Assembly: GCA_002633005.1 (NCBI GenBank)
Contig: NMRA01001120.1
Coordinates: 1-53,059 of the forward strand
Source: Phoronis australis
Lineage: Eukaryota; Animalia; Phoronida
Reading direction: 5' to 3'
Length of the DNA: 53,059 nt
Shown: one piece after another, positions 1 to 12,643 of the stretch
Layout of the letters: every line of letters begins with the position of its first letter
Numbering within the stretch: the stretch's first letter is position 1
Notes under the pieces: generated by a model
Databases searched by the model: none
The model's input: the letters and a program-made list of their open reading frames with translations, nothing else
Told to the model about the DNA's origin: nothing
Translations under genes and position numbers: made by a program

Positions 1-1640
1 GAAAAATACGGGCGGTGGGTATGAAATAAAAGTGCCTTCCCCCCCTCCCATACAGATTTTGCTGGAACAGCCCTAAACATTTATAACATAAAACATCAGC
101 ATTTATCCTTTGAATAACAAGGCGTTTAACATTTATCCATTTGTTAATGGTTCAAAACATAAGATTTTATCTGACTCCTCGGTAGTGGCAAAACATCAAA
201 GTTTACGCACTAGAATATGACGTAAACTGTCAAATGTTATGCTCTGAATAACATGCATTGACCAAGCATCAATTTTTTTTCACTAGGTAACAACTGTTAC
301 ATTAACTGTCAAATTTTGTTCAGAGCATAATAACCCAAAGCATTAAAACTGTTTTCATCAGAAAATTCCATTAAACATAGTGTGTCTACTTTGGAAACAT
401 TGTCCACGTGGTTGATGTTAACTGTTATATAGTTTCAGGTAACCAGGCTTTGTGGTCTCAAATATTTAGAAAATTTGAGGCATTTCATCAGCAGTGCTGC
501 TGTCATTTTTCAAATGCTTTTGGGACAGTCATGGCCTTGTTTACATCCACTGACATCACAAATAAATTTGGTGGTGTGTAATCGATGTGACAGAAAACAA
601 CACATATCACTTGTGTACACCAGAATTGAAGAGATTCTTTGAAACTTTGAATCCCAAGCTGGAAAACAATGCTTCTTTTGACCAAGCTCGAGTGAGACTG
701 TCGGTCAGTAATTTAGTTTAAGCTGGCTATATTTGGCGAATTCTGTCACTCAGCAAAACTCGTTTTCTTAGCGACTGGTGATCAAAACAAACATATCCCA
801 CCGTGGCCTCTTCACATGTGACAAAGGAGCTCATGAAGTACACTCAACAGATGGCCCTAAAATAAAGAATTCTGCCAAGATTATTCCATATTAGCGTAGA
901 AACTTGAATAAACCAGGACTGAAAAGCTTGACTAATATTGTGCAAGCATGAATAATATTGGACAAGTTTGATTAATCTTACCTGTACGGATTATTTAAAA
1001 ATGATGAATTTATTGTAAACTTAAAAAAATTAAACGAGTAAAAGCGAGTCTCAAAAGGCATCAAATAAATAAATAGATTAGTAAAACTTTTGAGGAAACG
1101 ATTCTTGAGGTACGAGCCATCCAATCACGCTTAACTTAAATCTCATCTAAAATGTAAATTCCAAATCAGTTTACATGTCACCAAATTACGTTTATGAGCT
1201 GATGCAATGTAAAGCATACAGTTAGTAACACAATGTTTGTGTGGATGTGCCTCTCCAGTTTCCTTGTTATTTTATCTTCACTTATAGCTAATGCACTCTG
1301 TGTTCTCCACAGTCTGTTTTGATTCATCACGACGTCGAGTTTGAATTTTCTCATGGCGAGTTTGGCTTACTTGCAAAGAGTTTGAAAACTTGTGCAACGA
1401 GTTTGAACTTTTGAAAGATTAGTCACCTTTAGTAAATTATGACATTTTGGATTTTTGGCACCAATTCAATCCATTTATTCCAAGACTTAACACAAAAAAT
1501 CATCACAGTACGGACATGGATTGTCAAACTTTTTCCTTAAATTGATAATTCCAGTCGAGTTTGAATTTTCTGTTGCGGAGAACTCTGGTACTGTGATGTC
1601 GCACTAGCTCCTACCAATCGTTGGTTGTCGTTATTTTCAG

Positions 1641-1750
1641 TGCAATGAATTGCCTCAAGTGTTAGAGGACACCCCTATGAGTCGCCTCTGGTTCAAACAG
1701 GACAACACATTTCTCCTCCCTAAAGCCTGTCTTAGTTTTGACCTTTCCAG
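1641..1750 (+). CDS. IDE: Insulin-degrading enzyme (insulysin, peptidase M16A) internal exon
   Basis: ttttcag|...|gtatgt boundaries. Translates [36 protein letters not shown], matching the IDE motif S(K/R)LWFKQD..F.LPKA. Ends in phase 2. Confidence 0.9.
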
Positions 1751-2599
1751 GTATGTAATTCAATTCTTTTAGTCAAAGCTAGCGACTTGCATATTTGTAA
1801 ACTGTTGTTATGACACTCGTATTTTGACATTATCTATTTGCGTTCATCGGCTTATGCATTGGCCCTGAATGGACAGAAGTTGTCTAATCGTAGGTGCTAA
1901 TCTGTATAAAAAGAACAAACTAGAATTTTCTGCAGGCACAGATGTGAAGCTATCATTCTTTCAGTGTCCATTGTTTGTGTAATGCAGCTTCATATATATG
2001 GCAAGAACGAATGAAAATTAAAAAATGTTTCTTGACACCAATAGGAATGCTCAAGTCTTCTTTGAAATGGTCTATTGTGGTATGTCCATGAGTTTTTCAA
2101 CCAATTGGGAATTTATGATGGTGAGCCCAGGACACGTGGCATATTTTTCACCGTTCTAGGCCCTGATTTATAAAGCTAGGCATGCTGATGGAAACAGGGG
2201 TCTATAAACTGATTATGTGCCAGTGACATACACATGGATTGAGGACAATGTGCCGTTGTAGTTATCAAAACCAATGGTACACTATTGTAACAATTCACTT
2301 ATTTAGCGCACAATATAGCTTTTAAGTGATTGCTAATTCCTCCACAAAAATGACAATTAAGAACATTTTAGTTTACTACAACTTTGGTTAGCAGTATGTT
2401 GATGTCATAAAAACGTTTGCAAAAAGGGTAAACAGACAATGAAATTGGAAAAATGACCATTTTAGGAATTATTTTTGTGCAACATTAGTGAAGCATTACC
2501 AAGAACAGCCAACAGGGGTGTTTTACAAGTTTTTAATACCTTTGTAATTAGTACAGAAGCCTGACTGTCACCCTCAATGTCACTCTGCTTACCTTGCAG

Positions 2600-2744
2600 T
2601 CCCATTGCCTACCAGGACCCTGTCCACGCCAACCTGACATACATGTTCACCCAGTGTTTTAACGACGCCCTGAACGAGTATTCCTACATGGCCGAACTAG
2701 CAGGACTCAAGTACGACTTGTTCAACACCATGTACGGGCTGTCT
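2600..2744 (+). CDS. IDE: Insulin-degrading enzyme internal exon
   Basis: ttgcag|T...TCT|gtaagt. Joins in phase with the previous exon (AG+T=Ser). [49 protein letters not shown] contains the IDE LNEY.Y.AELAGL motif. Confidence 0.92.
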
Positions 2745-2886
2745 GTAAGTGGCTATCACTGTTTGATGTTGTACGAGATAAAATTTGTCTGGTAAGAGCG
2801 AAATATACAACTAATGCTTGACAACAAGGTGGCGCTATCATGTCTAATACATCAGAATGTTAGGATCACTGAGTCTGAATATTTAA

Positions 2887-3160
2887 GGCTGCATTTTACA
2901 TTGTTTAGCTTGCCAATCAACAAAAATTGAATTGGATTAATTACTTTCATGAAACCGGCCTCATAATGTTCCTTATTGAGTTGGGATTCCATGTCTATTA
3001 CCAACCCCAACCCCAGTCACAAACAAAGCTTACATGCGCCATTTTCGAATTTGCAATTCTAGGTTTGGCTAACCCCATTAAACTCTGAAGCGATTTCTTG
3101 AGTCGCTTATGGTTTTTGTTATTCTCTTTTTTAGCCAGCTAAACGAGGTTAAATGAAGCC
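2887..3160. mobile_element. TTAA-flanked MITE (Kolobok-like GG...CC termini)
   Basis: ttaa|GGCTGCATTT...AAATGAAGCC|ttaa. A related copy lies at ~38565-38905 (shared ttcttgagtcgcttatgg and agccagctaaac). Confidence 0.7.
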
Positions 3161-6100
3161 TTAACTTTTCTAGTCCACGTTGCTGTCATTGTGCCCCGGG
3201 CCCTGCCTAACATTTAGGTAATCTTCACTCAGTCACATCTCTACTCAGCTTGGTGTTTAACGCCCTTCTCATATCTCACACCCAAGGTGGAGAATCTTCA
3301 ACTGTATGCTTTCCACTATTATAGCATTTATTGATGTGTTAAGACAAAACTTGTGGTGAAGTTGCAGCTGGTGTGGCTGTTCATACCAATCACAGTGAGT
3401 TTTCACACTTACAGCACACATCACGAATTTTTGGCCGACCGGTCGGAAATTGGTCAACGACCGGCCGTCGACCGGTCGTCTAGCCGACCAGCAGCCGACC
3501 AACAACGGTCGGCTAGAAGCCGTCTGCTGAATCGCCTCTGTGGTCGGCTCTTGGGTCGGCTAATTGGTCGCCTAGCGTAGACGACCAATTCGGATTAAGC
3601 GTGTCCTTGGTCGGCAATTACCATTTTATGACTTAGCGGGTGAACTTTGGCCAGACAAACATTTAACTGTTCGCTGTTCGTTTACCAGTGGCAACTCCGG
3701 TCTTGACATGGGTTTATCAAATTTTGTTCAACTATTGAATGGAGGTAAAATCGAATCAACCTACAAATGTGAAGTGCGTGACATTACACAAGCCGAAAAC
3801 CTTATGTTGAATTAATGACGGCGTGGTAAAATCAAACGTTAAGTGATATAGCGGAAAAATAATTTCTAACTTTAGATATGAGACTTTTTATACAGTACAT
3901 TATGCATAAAAACAAGCACGAAATTTGAAATTTACAGCAAAATTGCATAAAAATCAGAATACAACACTGGATATTTTACGACCTCAAATGTTTTCATGCC
4001 GCGGAGTGCTCAACAAGCAGCACGCATTTGCGCTCATCTGTTATTGCTTTTGATCATCACTTCATCACGCTGTATATTGCGCTTTACCACAGATAATTAT
4101 TGTTTATTTCTGTATAATTTCTTAATATGTTGGTACAGCAATAGAACCCAAGTTTATTTTAGAAACAATATAAACAATGGTTTGAACATAGCGCCGATAT
4201 TAAATCATGGGCGCATGAAAACGGAAGACTGTGATCGGTTTATAGTGTAATCCATCATCCATCATCATTCTGAAATTGTTGTCACTTTCGCAGTAAACAA
4301 AATTTTGAAGCTAGAGCCTTCCTATCTAGCCAGCTAGCCGTAAAGACTATTTTCAAAATACAGCAAGGTGCCACTGCGTATTGAGCTCAAACAGACCTCG
4401 AAACTTCACACAGCCCGGATAGTTACATGTACATGTACGCTTGTCACCTCGTCGAAAAGCTTGTATCAACATGTGCTCAAGACCGGCGAGTTTGCATGCA
4501 AACTCTGGAAGCCAATTGGCATTCAAGTTGCCCGTTACGGCCGTTTAAACGAAAAACATCCGACGTCATCTTCTTGCGTAATTCTCAGCCTTTTGTAACG
4601 AAAAAACGTATGTCGTCGTTTTGAAAAGAGTTCATTCGTGACACGCGCCACTTTCAAAATGTTTTTGACATCTCCCATTAGATGGTGACAACATCTCAGC
4701 CAAATGTGTTCTAAAATTTGGTTCACTGATATCAAAATTCTAAAAACATATAATGAAGTGAAACCAATTCTGATCATTTGTCGTGACGTTTACGTAACCT
4801 CGAGGGAGAACGTTTGATTGAAGAATCTGGGAAAAAGAAACTGACTAATAGGTGACGCAATATTTCATTGCGTCGAAATTCGACGTTAAAGGTCATACCC
4901 TAATTTTAGCAGCAGAATAATTGTAGAAAACCAAATTTTGCAACGCTGGTAAATAATTTAGATTACTCTAGGAAGATTTTATTCGGTCAGTTTTTACCCA
5001 CAACGGCGCAAATTTGTATATTTAATTTAGTAAACACCTTCGCACCAAGGCTAGAGCCTTCCGAGCCCTTTGGCGTAAGAACACAATACTTGGCGTTTCG
5101 CGTATACTCCAGGGGGTAAAACTTTGAAAATAATATTTTCGGGGTAACCTGGTACAGGCAATCCTAAAAAAATTGTCTGTGTTTTCATGTAGAGCGTAAA
5201 AATTATTAACCCACTGATTCAAAAAGAACACTCTCGCAAACGAAAACGCACAGAATTTTCAGCTCTATTACCCTGGTTAACGAAAAAAACTTCTATAGGT
5301 TTATTGCATCGGATTCGAGTGATCTCCAGGGCAAGTCAAAACTCTTAAGGGGGCGCAATTTCAAGCCTTCGGCAGGAATCAGTGATATAAAATGGAATTA
5401 GACCGACTTTAATTCATCAGCAATGTAGACACAACAGTTACAGACACTGACTGCGTTTGTTAACGTGTTGTGGCAATGATAAAAATAAATGTTTCTACTA
5501 TGATTGATAGCAAGTTTTACTCTGATGAGGTATGATGCAATATGCATGTCTAACATGCAGATTGGCAGTTGCAAAAATATTTACTGTATTTAATGAATCC
5601 GTTTGAAATGAACCACTGCGAAAGTATGATAACTAATTGTACATTCGAAGCACGCCTCATTAGAATAAAAACATACACATGCTTGATGATCCTGGGAGTA
5701 CCTCTATTACTGGCATGAATGAAGATATATAGTTGTTAAGCCATAGAGGATAATAAGGCTTACATAATATCACACTGAGCCATCTACACCAGGCATATAC
5801 AAAGGATACAGTATTTCAAAAGAATCCACAACTACTCATTTTTCATAGTCACAACTACTCATTTTTCATAATATTACTAAATCACGAACACCTAGATTTA
5901 TATAAATAGTTACACAGAGCGCTGCTACACAACTTGCTCTCCCACATTTATGGGAGGCCTAATTTGCAACATTTAACAATATATTTTCTATACAAGATTA
6001 AAACCAAGCAAAACATGTTAACTCTCCAGGACCAAAAATAAATATCTCAAAACCAGAAATTTTACTTAAGCAGGAATTAAAACAATCCAATACATTGAGA

Positions 6101-6324
6101 TTGTTTTCACACAGAAGACCAAAAAAAAAACAAATAAAGACTAAAATTCACCACGTCAAGACTTAAATTTATCACATCAGCACCTATAATTTATCAAGTG
6201 AGGACCAAAAATTCTTCACTTCAGGATCAAAATAAAATACGACGGAACTGAAAATTTATTAAGCCACGTTGAAAAACTTACCACGTCAGTAACTTTACAC
6301 GCCAGAACACCCCATCACCATCCC

Positions 6325-7721
6325 CAAGCATTGATCCTTCAAAGTGATAATGTTCGTACTATACATATAAACAAGGGCTAAATGTTCAACCTCTTGCCGA
6401 CGAGACATATTATCTTGGAAATGCGGTTGAATTTCTTTCGTCTAATCCACGTTTTACAATAGATGCCAATGTATAGGTACACACTGGATTGCCATCATTG
6501 CATAATGAGTGACAACGTTGTCTCCGGGCCTGAAAAGAATTCTCTCCTGGCGTGATAAGTTTTCTGACGCAATAAATCCTGGTTGTCAATTGTTTTTGAT
6601 TCTACAGAGATTTCAATTCCTGGATAGAAAATGTGTGTTCTGAATTTTCCCGCTTCAGCTTTCCATTCAGCTAACTATTGCACATCACAGCGTTTTTACT
6701 CTTCCGTGGCGGCTCCACTGCAACGAATCACTTCTGGTATAACCCTCCGTAAATGACGTTCGTATTTTGCACATTTCTTCGGGGTAACAGTTTTCCAAGA
6801 GCTATATGATCAACGGACAAGTTTCTGTTTGGTATTTGGTTTTATTTTCTTTTTCAGGTAGTCCCTGAGCTCATGCTCTGAATGTTTTGAAAATGCAACT
6901 CTTTCTTTACGCAGATACGTTTTCTGCCCGTGAGCACCGACTCGTTGAATTCATCAACCAAACATTTATTTTTGAAAATGCCCTCAAAAGTGTACTTTTT
7001 TAAAACACCGTGTTGACCATANCAAGCATTGATCCTTCAAAGTGATAATGTTCGTACTATATGTATAAACAAGGGCTAAATGTTCAACCTCTTGCCGAAA
7101 AGACATATTATCTTGGAAATGCGGTTGAATTTCTTTCGTCTAATCCACGTTTTACAATAGATGCCAATGTATAGGTACACACTGGATTGCCATCATTGCA
7201 TAATGGGTGACCACGTAGTCTACGGGCATTAAAAGAATTCTCTGCTGGCGTGATAAGTTTTCTGACGAAATAAATCCTGGTTGTCAATTGTTTTTGATTC
7301 TACAGAGATTTCAATTCCTGAATAGAAAATGTGTGTTCTGAATTTTTCCGCTTCAGCTTTCCATTCAGCTAACTATTGTACATCACCGTGTTTTTACTAT
7401 CTCGTGGCGGCTCCACTGCCGGCAACGAACCACTTCTGGTACAACCTTCCGTAAATGTCGTTCGTATTTTGCACATTTCTTCGGGGTAACAGTTTTCCAA
7501 GAGCTTTATGATCAACGGACAGGTTTCTGTTTGGTATTCGGTTTTATTTTCTTTTTCAGGTAGTCCTTGAGCTCATGCTCTGAATGTTTTGAAAACGCAA
7601 CTCTTTCTTTACGCAGATACGTTTTCTGCCCGTGGCACCGACTCGGAGAATTCATCAACCAAAATATTTTTTTGAAAAAGCCGTCAAAAGTGTACTTTTT
7701 TAAAGCACCGTTTTGGCCATA
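6325..7721. repeat. ~697-bp tandem duplication separated by an N at 7022
   Basis: 6325-7021 and 7023-7721 both start caagcattgatccttcaaagtg and align throughout with scattered substitutions. Confidence 0.9.
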
Positions 7722-8215
7722 GTCGTCAGTGTAGAAAAGTGAAATGAACAAATTTGTAAACACTGCTCAAAGCACTTCTGTGGACATACGGAAACGCCAA
7801 CGTCTTTGTCTTACAACGCTGCGTGTGCTTGGCATTTCTGATAAAGCGTTCTCATAATGGAAACTTTTTTAAGACTGAGCACCATTTCAAAAAATTGTAT
7901 TTTTTCTTACAGCTGAGCACAGAAGAATTATTTTGTGATTTTAGGAATGAAACGGAACCAAATCTCGAGTGGTGACTAATTAGAATTGGCAAAACTCGGG
8001 GACGGGTGGCGTTACAAGCCAAACATGTAGTTGCCACTTCTCATTCAGCGTCACTTACTACCTGAGGTGGCCAGATCATACGCTATAAATATCACCAGAC
8101 GCTTTGCTTCTCAAAAGTGCACCTTGATGTATTTTCTATCATTTTTTGCCATCGCAATCGCTTTACCAAAGATTCACGCACATATGCCGCGTAGAGACAA
8201 TACCTCTTCACCACG
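6697..8215 (-). pseudogene. Decayed Tc1-type (DDE_3) transposase
   Basis: Motif remnants in the expected order: RYC..VRESLVKRLRWQKMIEN (~8200-8130), LHVW (~8020), RF..NAKHT (~7830), HELKDYLKKKIKPNTKQ..WKTVTPKKCAKYERHLRKVVPEVVRC(SGAAT) (7576-7405, duplicated at 6876-6697). Multiple stops and frameshifts. Confidence 0.75.
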
Positions 8216-10949
8216 TATTCACATCTTCCCGTTCACAATTGTTTTATTTTACATAATTTGTCAATATGTTGTTGACAGAAAGTGTTTATTTTTGGAACAA
8301 CGTGAACGACCAACTGATAGGGGCCTACGTGTACATGTAACTAGCCCAGATTTTAACGTCACCGATACATGAAAACAGAATGCGCAAAGCTACAATTGGC
8401 TGTAGCCTCAACAGTGGTCATTCCGTGTTTGATGTCACCGTCATAGTTCGTGGAAATCGTAACCATAGTATGACTTCGAAGTTAGAGCCGTAGAAGTCCA
8501 TGGGTTTAGGGCATACTGGACCGTGAATTTCGCCGGGTCAATACTATGGAAATAAAATCCCCGGAGTGAGAACTCTTCGCGGTGTAACAACTCACTCACT
8601 AATCCTTCATCATGGGCACGTGATAAGAGACCGGTGAATAACTTAAAACACGCAAAAACGATGCAGTTTGGCGTTACCCAAACAAAATCATTTGTGGGCG
8701 AAGACTGCGAAAAACAGCCGCGTTTACAAAATGACTATACAGCGTTGTATTGACCGGGAAGCAACCGATCTAATACAATTTGTTAACGTCAGGAGTCAAA
8801 TTAAAGATCAACTGTAAAGAAAACTTTCACGTTTTTCATCCAAAACTTGTTGGATTGTCCATAATCCAATGTTTACTAATGCCGCTTGCCTTCAACCTTC
8901 GAAGTAGTGGTGTTACACAACCGACGTGAACTCATGTAACCGAGACAGCAAAACTAGGTTAATTTATTTGACCCTGTGCTAAGACGAATATGCATCGACA
9001 CGCGAAGTGCTATGAGCCTGTCAACCTATTACGCAACTGCTACTCTAGCCTAACAATAGCAGCCGACCAGCTGGTCGTCTGATGGCCGGTCGGCTAAAGG
9101 GTCGGCTGAAGGGTCGGCTGTGGGGTCGCCTTATGAGTCGGCACTGCGGGCGGCTAATTTGCCGACCGGTCGACGGCCGGTCGTCGACCAATTTCCGACC
9201 GGTCGGCCAAAAATTCGTGATGTGTGCTGTAATATGTACGCGTAATATTCCAAAAAAATTCAACGACCACTAACTACAACCTATAAATACACTACACATA
9301 TGCAATCGAATCACGAGATATTACTAATAAAACACAATAATGAAGACTTTTCGAGCAAGCGGTAGCACATTCAATAACAAGGAAAAAATCGCGGCATTTA
9401 GAACAAGTTCCTGAACTGATGAGCCGGAAATGTGGGTACGGAAATACCCAATGACAGTAATTATAAGCTCACAGAGAAAGGTCAAATACTGTTAAAAATC
9501 GCTTTTGGCAAGAAAGGCGAAAAGAATGTAAAGAAAGGGAGTCGAAAATAGGATTTTATTTAGTAAGTATTTTCGGATACTGGAACCACATGGGCGTTTT
9601 GGGACCAGGACTTTAAACTACTGAGGCCGCCCTGATGGTAGTTGTTTCCTTGCGCTTCCGATTCTGCCACGTTTATCAACAGGTCTGCTGGTATTTTTTA
9701 TGTAAGTTCCAGTTGAGGAGAACAGGCATGATCTTCATTTACATGTATGCACGTTACCGTTTAATATGGTACTGAAGGTGCTTTTGTAGGCGTGTCCCCA
9801 TTGATATATTCATCAGTTGGCTAAAACCTTTGTGCTTAGTTGTAGGTATTGTCAAGTCCCTACGTTTCTTTGGAGACTGCAGAATCTATTCTCCGTGTCT
9901 CTAGATACGATTCACGCTGCCTAATTAGTCAGGAAGAATTTCATTCACCGGCTCATCGAACGTCATTGCGGTGTAGGAATTTGTCTATGAGTTTGCCGGG
10001 TTTTTTAGATTTGTCAATTGTTCGGGAGTTCTCAACCATTGGCATTGCTTCACTGTCGTTCTTTCAGAATCTCGATGTCGCTTTACCCAACTTCTACTGG
10101 ACGTCAACCAAATCAGGTGTCGCGGACACAGATTAGATTTACGGGTCCTGCAGGCTTTTTTTCTGAGGAAAAAATGGTGAACTTTTCTTGTTAAGCGAAC
10201 AACTGCATTTGAACCATCTGTTTCAACGAACGACAAATGTTACTACTGTCAATGATTATCTAATGTTGCTTCTGTGACGCCCACACTGTAACCTTTCATC
10301 CCATTACTTTGCAGTTTATCTTGCGCACCAACATTCACTTATAAATATGCTGTTCGTGAAATTAATTTCTGATTTACAGGTACCACTAAGTCTGGAAGCG
10401 GAAAAGGAGCCGGTATGTCAATATCATTACCTTATTTAAACATTATTTCTGTTCATTGATGAGAAATAGCATAGCATTAAGTAAAAACTAGATCGCTTTA
10501 ACGACACGCTGAAATTGCTAAACTTTCTTATCAACGAACATCGAAACAAAGATGAAGGAGGAATGTATACATTTTTGTCTAGTATAAATTACAATTTGTT
10601 CCCGATGAAATTGGAGATTAAAATTACGTAAAATCTGCGCCTTTTTCACAGCACACATTAATTTCAGTTATTCATCAACGGTTCTTTTTGTATTAAGCTG
10701 CAAATCTTACGAATCTAGTGTTTTGGATTGTTCTGAAACCCCCTCGAACCCCACACCCCTCGACCCACTACCCCCGTTGTAATGTTTAGAACTGCTCTAC
10801 CTTTGCATTGCACTGTTCCTGTCTTAGGTGTGTTTTGAGCTTCATATAAAAAACAATAAATCACAATCTTTTGTGAGTCTAAAATGCTCTAGTTTGAAAT
10901 TATGTCAGTTATTTTACGTGTACATGTACATGTGTCTACCCTCAATAGG

Positions 10950-11155
10950 GGAGGCTCTGTGGCCTAGTGTGATAGGTGCTCGCTCTGTTTACGCAATGTC
11001 GTGGGTTAGAAGGCTACTGACTCACAATTTATCGGGTCAGTTTTAAACAAACAGTGATAAAGAATAAAGTTGTTCCAGGTGATCAGTGCAATGGGCCCAC
11101 AGACGAGGCCTGCGCAAGTGTGTTAAAACTTGTATCAGACCGCGTGCAATTATTG
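10950..11155 (+). mobile_element. tRNA-headed SINE (degenerate copy)
   Basis: GGAGGC..GTGGCCTAGTGTGATAGGTG A-box head with a degenerate B box. Body (caggtgatcagt...ggcctgcg) is shared with 39852-40070. Confidence 0.65.
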
Positions 11156-11412
11156 TTTATGTACCATCAAGAAGCAAAGGTGCATTTGCAACACACGATG
11201 GCCAATGTGTTTACGTCATCGTGAGAGAATAGTAGTCTGGATGCCTTGCACACGTCCAAACAGTCTGAGCCTATCGCGTGTGCCGTTCACTATTTTATGC
11301 AATTTCTGTTAAAGAAAGCAGTTGACCTTTAGTCCACGTTTTATGTACTGAAATTATTACTCTGTAAGGAAAGCTAAGTAACTTAAACTCTAGAAATGAC
11401 ATGCCTTCAGCT

Positions 11413-12152
11413 CCCAGATAGCATCGCTACGTCGGGCCGACGTCACCAATCGTCGGCTCAAGGTCGATAGGTCGCGGTCGGGTTTGTGACGTTCACCCCA
11501 CGTTGGTCCGCCGTCTTCCATGACACTCATGAAAACGCCTGTTTTGCATTTTAAAGCAACTTGGACGCTCGCCATCTCATTTTTTTCGAGTCGCAGTGTA
11601 TGAGTCGGCCTATTTGTGCTTTTTGGAATACTTTTCAATCTTGACGTCGGGCCACCGTTGGCTCAGCGACGGCAAGTTTCGNATACATCTAGCATAGTCG
11701 GGAAAATGTTGATATAGCCACTGAAGTCATTGTTCTTGACGCATCTCTGGAGTTCTCTATCGGCTCGGTTTATGAGAAAGACGAAGATTGCCAAAAACTG
11801 ACCAGTTTTGCCAAATTTGCCATTAATCACTGTGTGAAATGAAGGTAGGTGGCGCGCAAACATAACGCAGGCGACAGCAAAAGACGGAATTTTGGTTATT
11901 ATTCCTTTTAGCAGTTGCATCAAATGACTCGTCCGAAATCAAAAGGACGCAGTTTAGACTGGTAAAATAGGACAACGAAAAATGGAAATTAGTGCAAACA
12001 CAATGTGATATCCGTCTTGGACGGGTTTTTAGGTTTTGTTTTTAATAGTGAATTATGTGGAGTAATCCGCTGTTTTCGCATGGACTTGTGAGGTCTCTCC
12101 AACCTCAGGCGCGATTTTTCTGGTTTTCATGCCCTGACATAAACTTGCTGGG
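11413..12152. mobile_element. Non-autonomous TIR element with CCCAG...CTGGG ends (CACTA/EnSpm-like, tentative)
   Basis: CCCAGATAGCA start, repeated ACGTCGGGCC/ACGTTGG subterminal motifs, CTTGCTGGG end; N at 11682. Confidence 0.45.
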
Positions 12153-12153
12153 A

Positions 12154-12408
12154 GGGCCCAACATTTTGTCCGGCTGTAAACATTTGCGCAAACTGAACCA
12201 CGATTGTAGATGCGAATAGCACCGAATGGGGGGGAGGTCGGGAGGGGGGTTTGCCCCCCTGCCGCCCAGGAAATTTTTCTGTTTTTACCTCTAAAATTCA
12301 AGTATTTTCCTTGATTCCTGAAGTATTATTCAAGAAAAAAAGGCAAAACAAAAACACGGAGAACGTGTTAATGCCCAAAAGACCAAACCCGTTTTTCGTG
12401 TTGGCAAT
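12154..12408 (+). repeat. Interspersed repeat, near-identical to 52583-53059
   Basis: gggcccaacattttgtccggctgtaaac...gaccaaacccgtttttcgtgttggcaat is present at both sites. Confidence 0.85.
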
Positions 12409-12447
12409 AATGACGGGATTGCTTTGGAAATCGTCTTAACATAAGAT

Positions 12448-12643
12448 CTAGCCTAACAATAGCAGCCGACCAGCTGGTCGTCTGATGGCCGGTCGGCTAA
12501 AGGGTCGGCTGAAGGGTCGGCTATGGGGTCGCCTTATGAGTCGGCACTGCGGGCGGCTGCCGGTCGGCTAATTTGCCGACCGGTCGACGGCCGGTGGTCG
12601 ACCAATTTCCGACCGGTCGGCCAAAAATTCGTGATGTGTGCTG
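12448..12643 (-). mobile_element. Solo second right end of the Tc1-like element
   Basis: Near-identical to 9045-9229 and ends ...GTGTGCTG|ta. Confidence 0.85.

Larger units (their letters stand above)
3412..9229 (-). mobile_element. Tc1/mariner-like DNA transposon relic (~5.8 kb)
   Basis: ta|CAGCACACATCACGAATTTTTGGCCGACCGGTCGGAAATTGGTC... and its reverse complement ending ...GTGATGTGTGCTG|ta at 9229. GC-rich GCCGACC subterminal repeats and an internal decayed transposase. Confidence 0.8.

Noticed and set aside
9760-10147. Possible decayed legumain B exon 11 (cag|DP...LETR..SAV on the - strand)
   Set aside because: Only a few scattered residues match A exon 11, with many stops. That much decay is inconsistent with the nearly intact exons 1-10, so it is probably chance.
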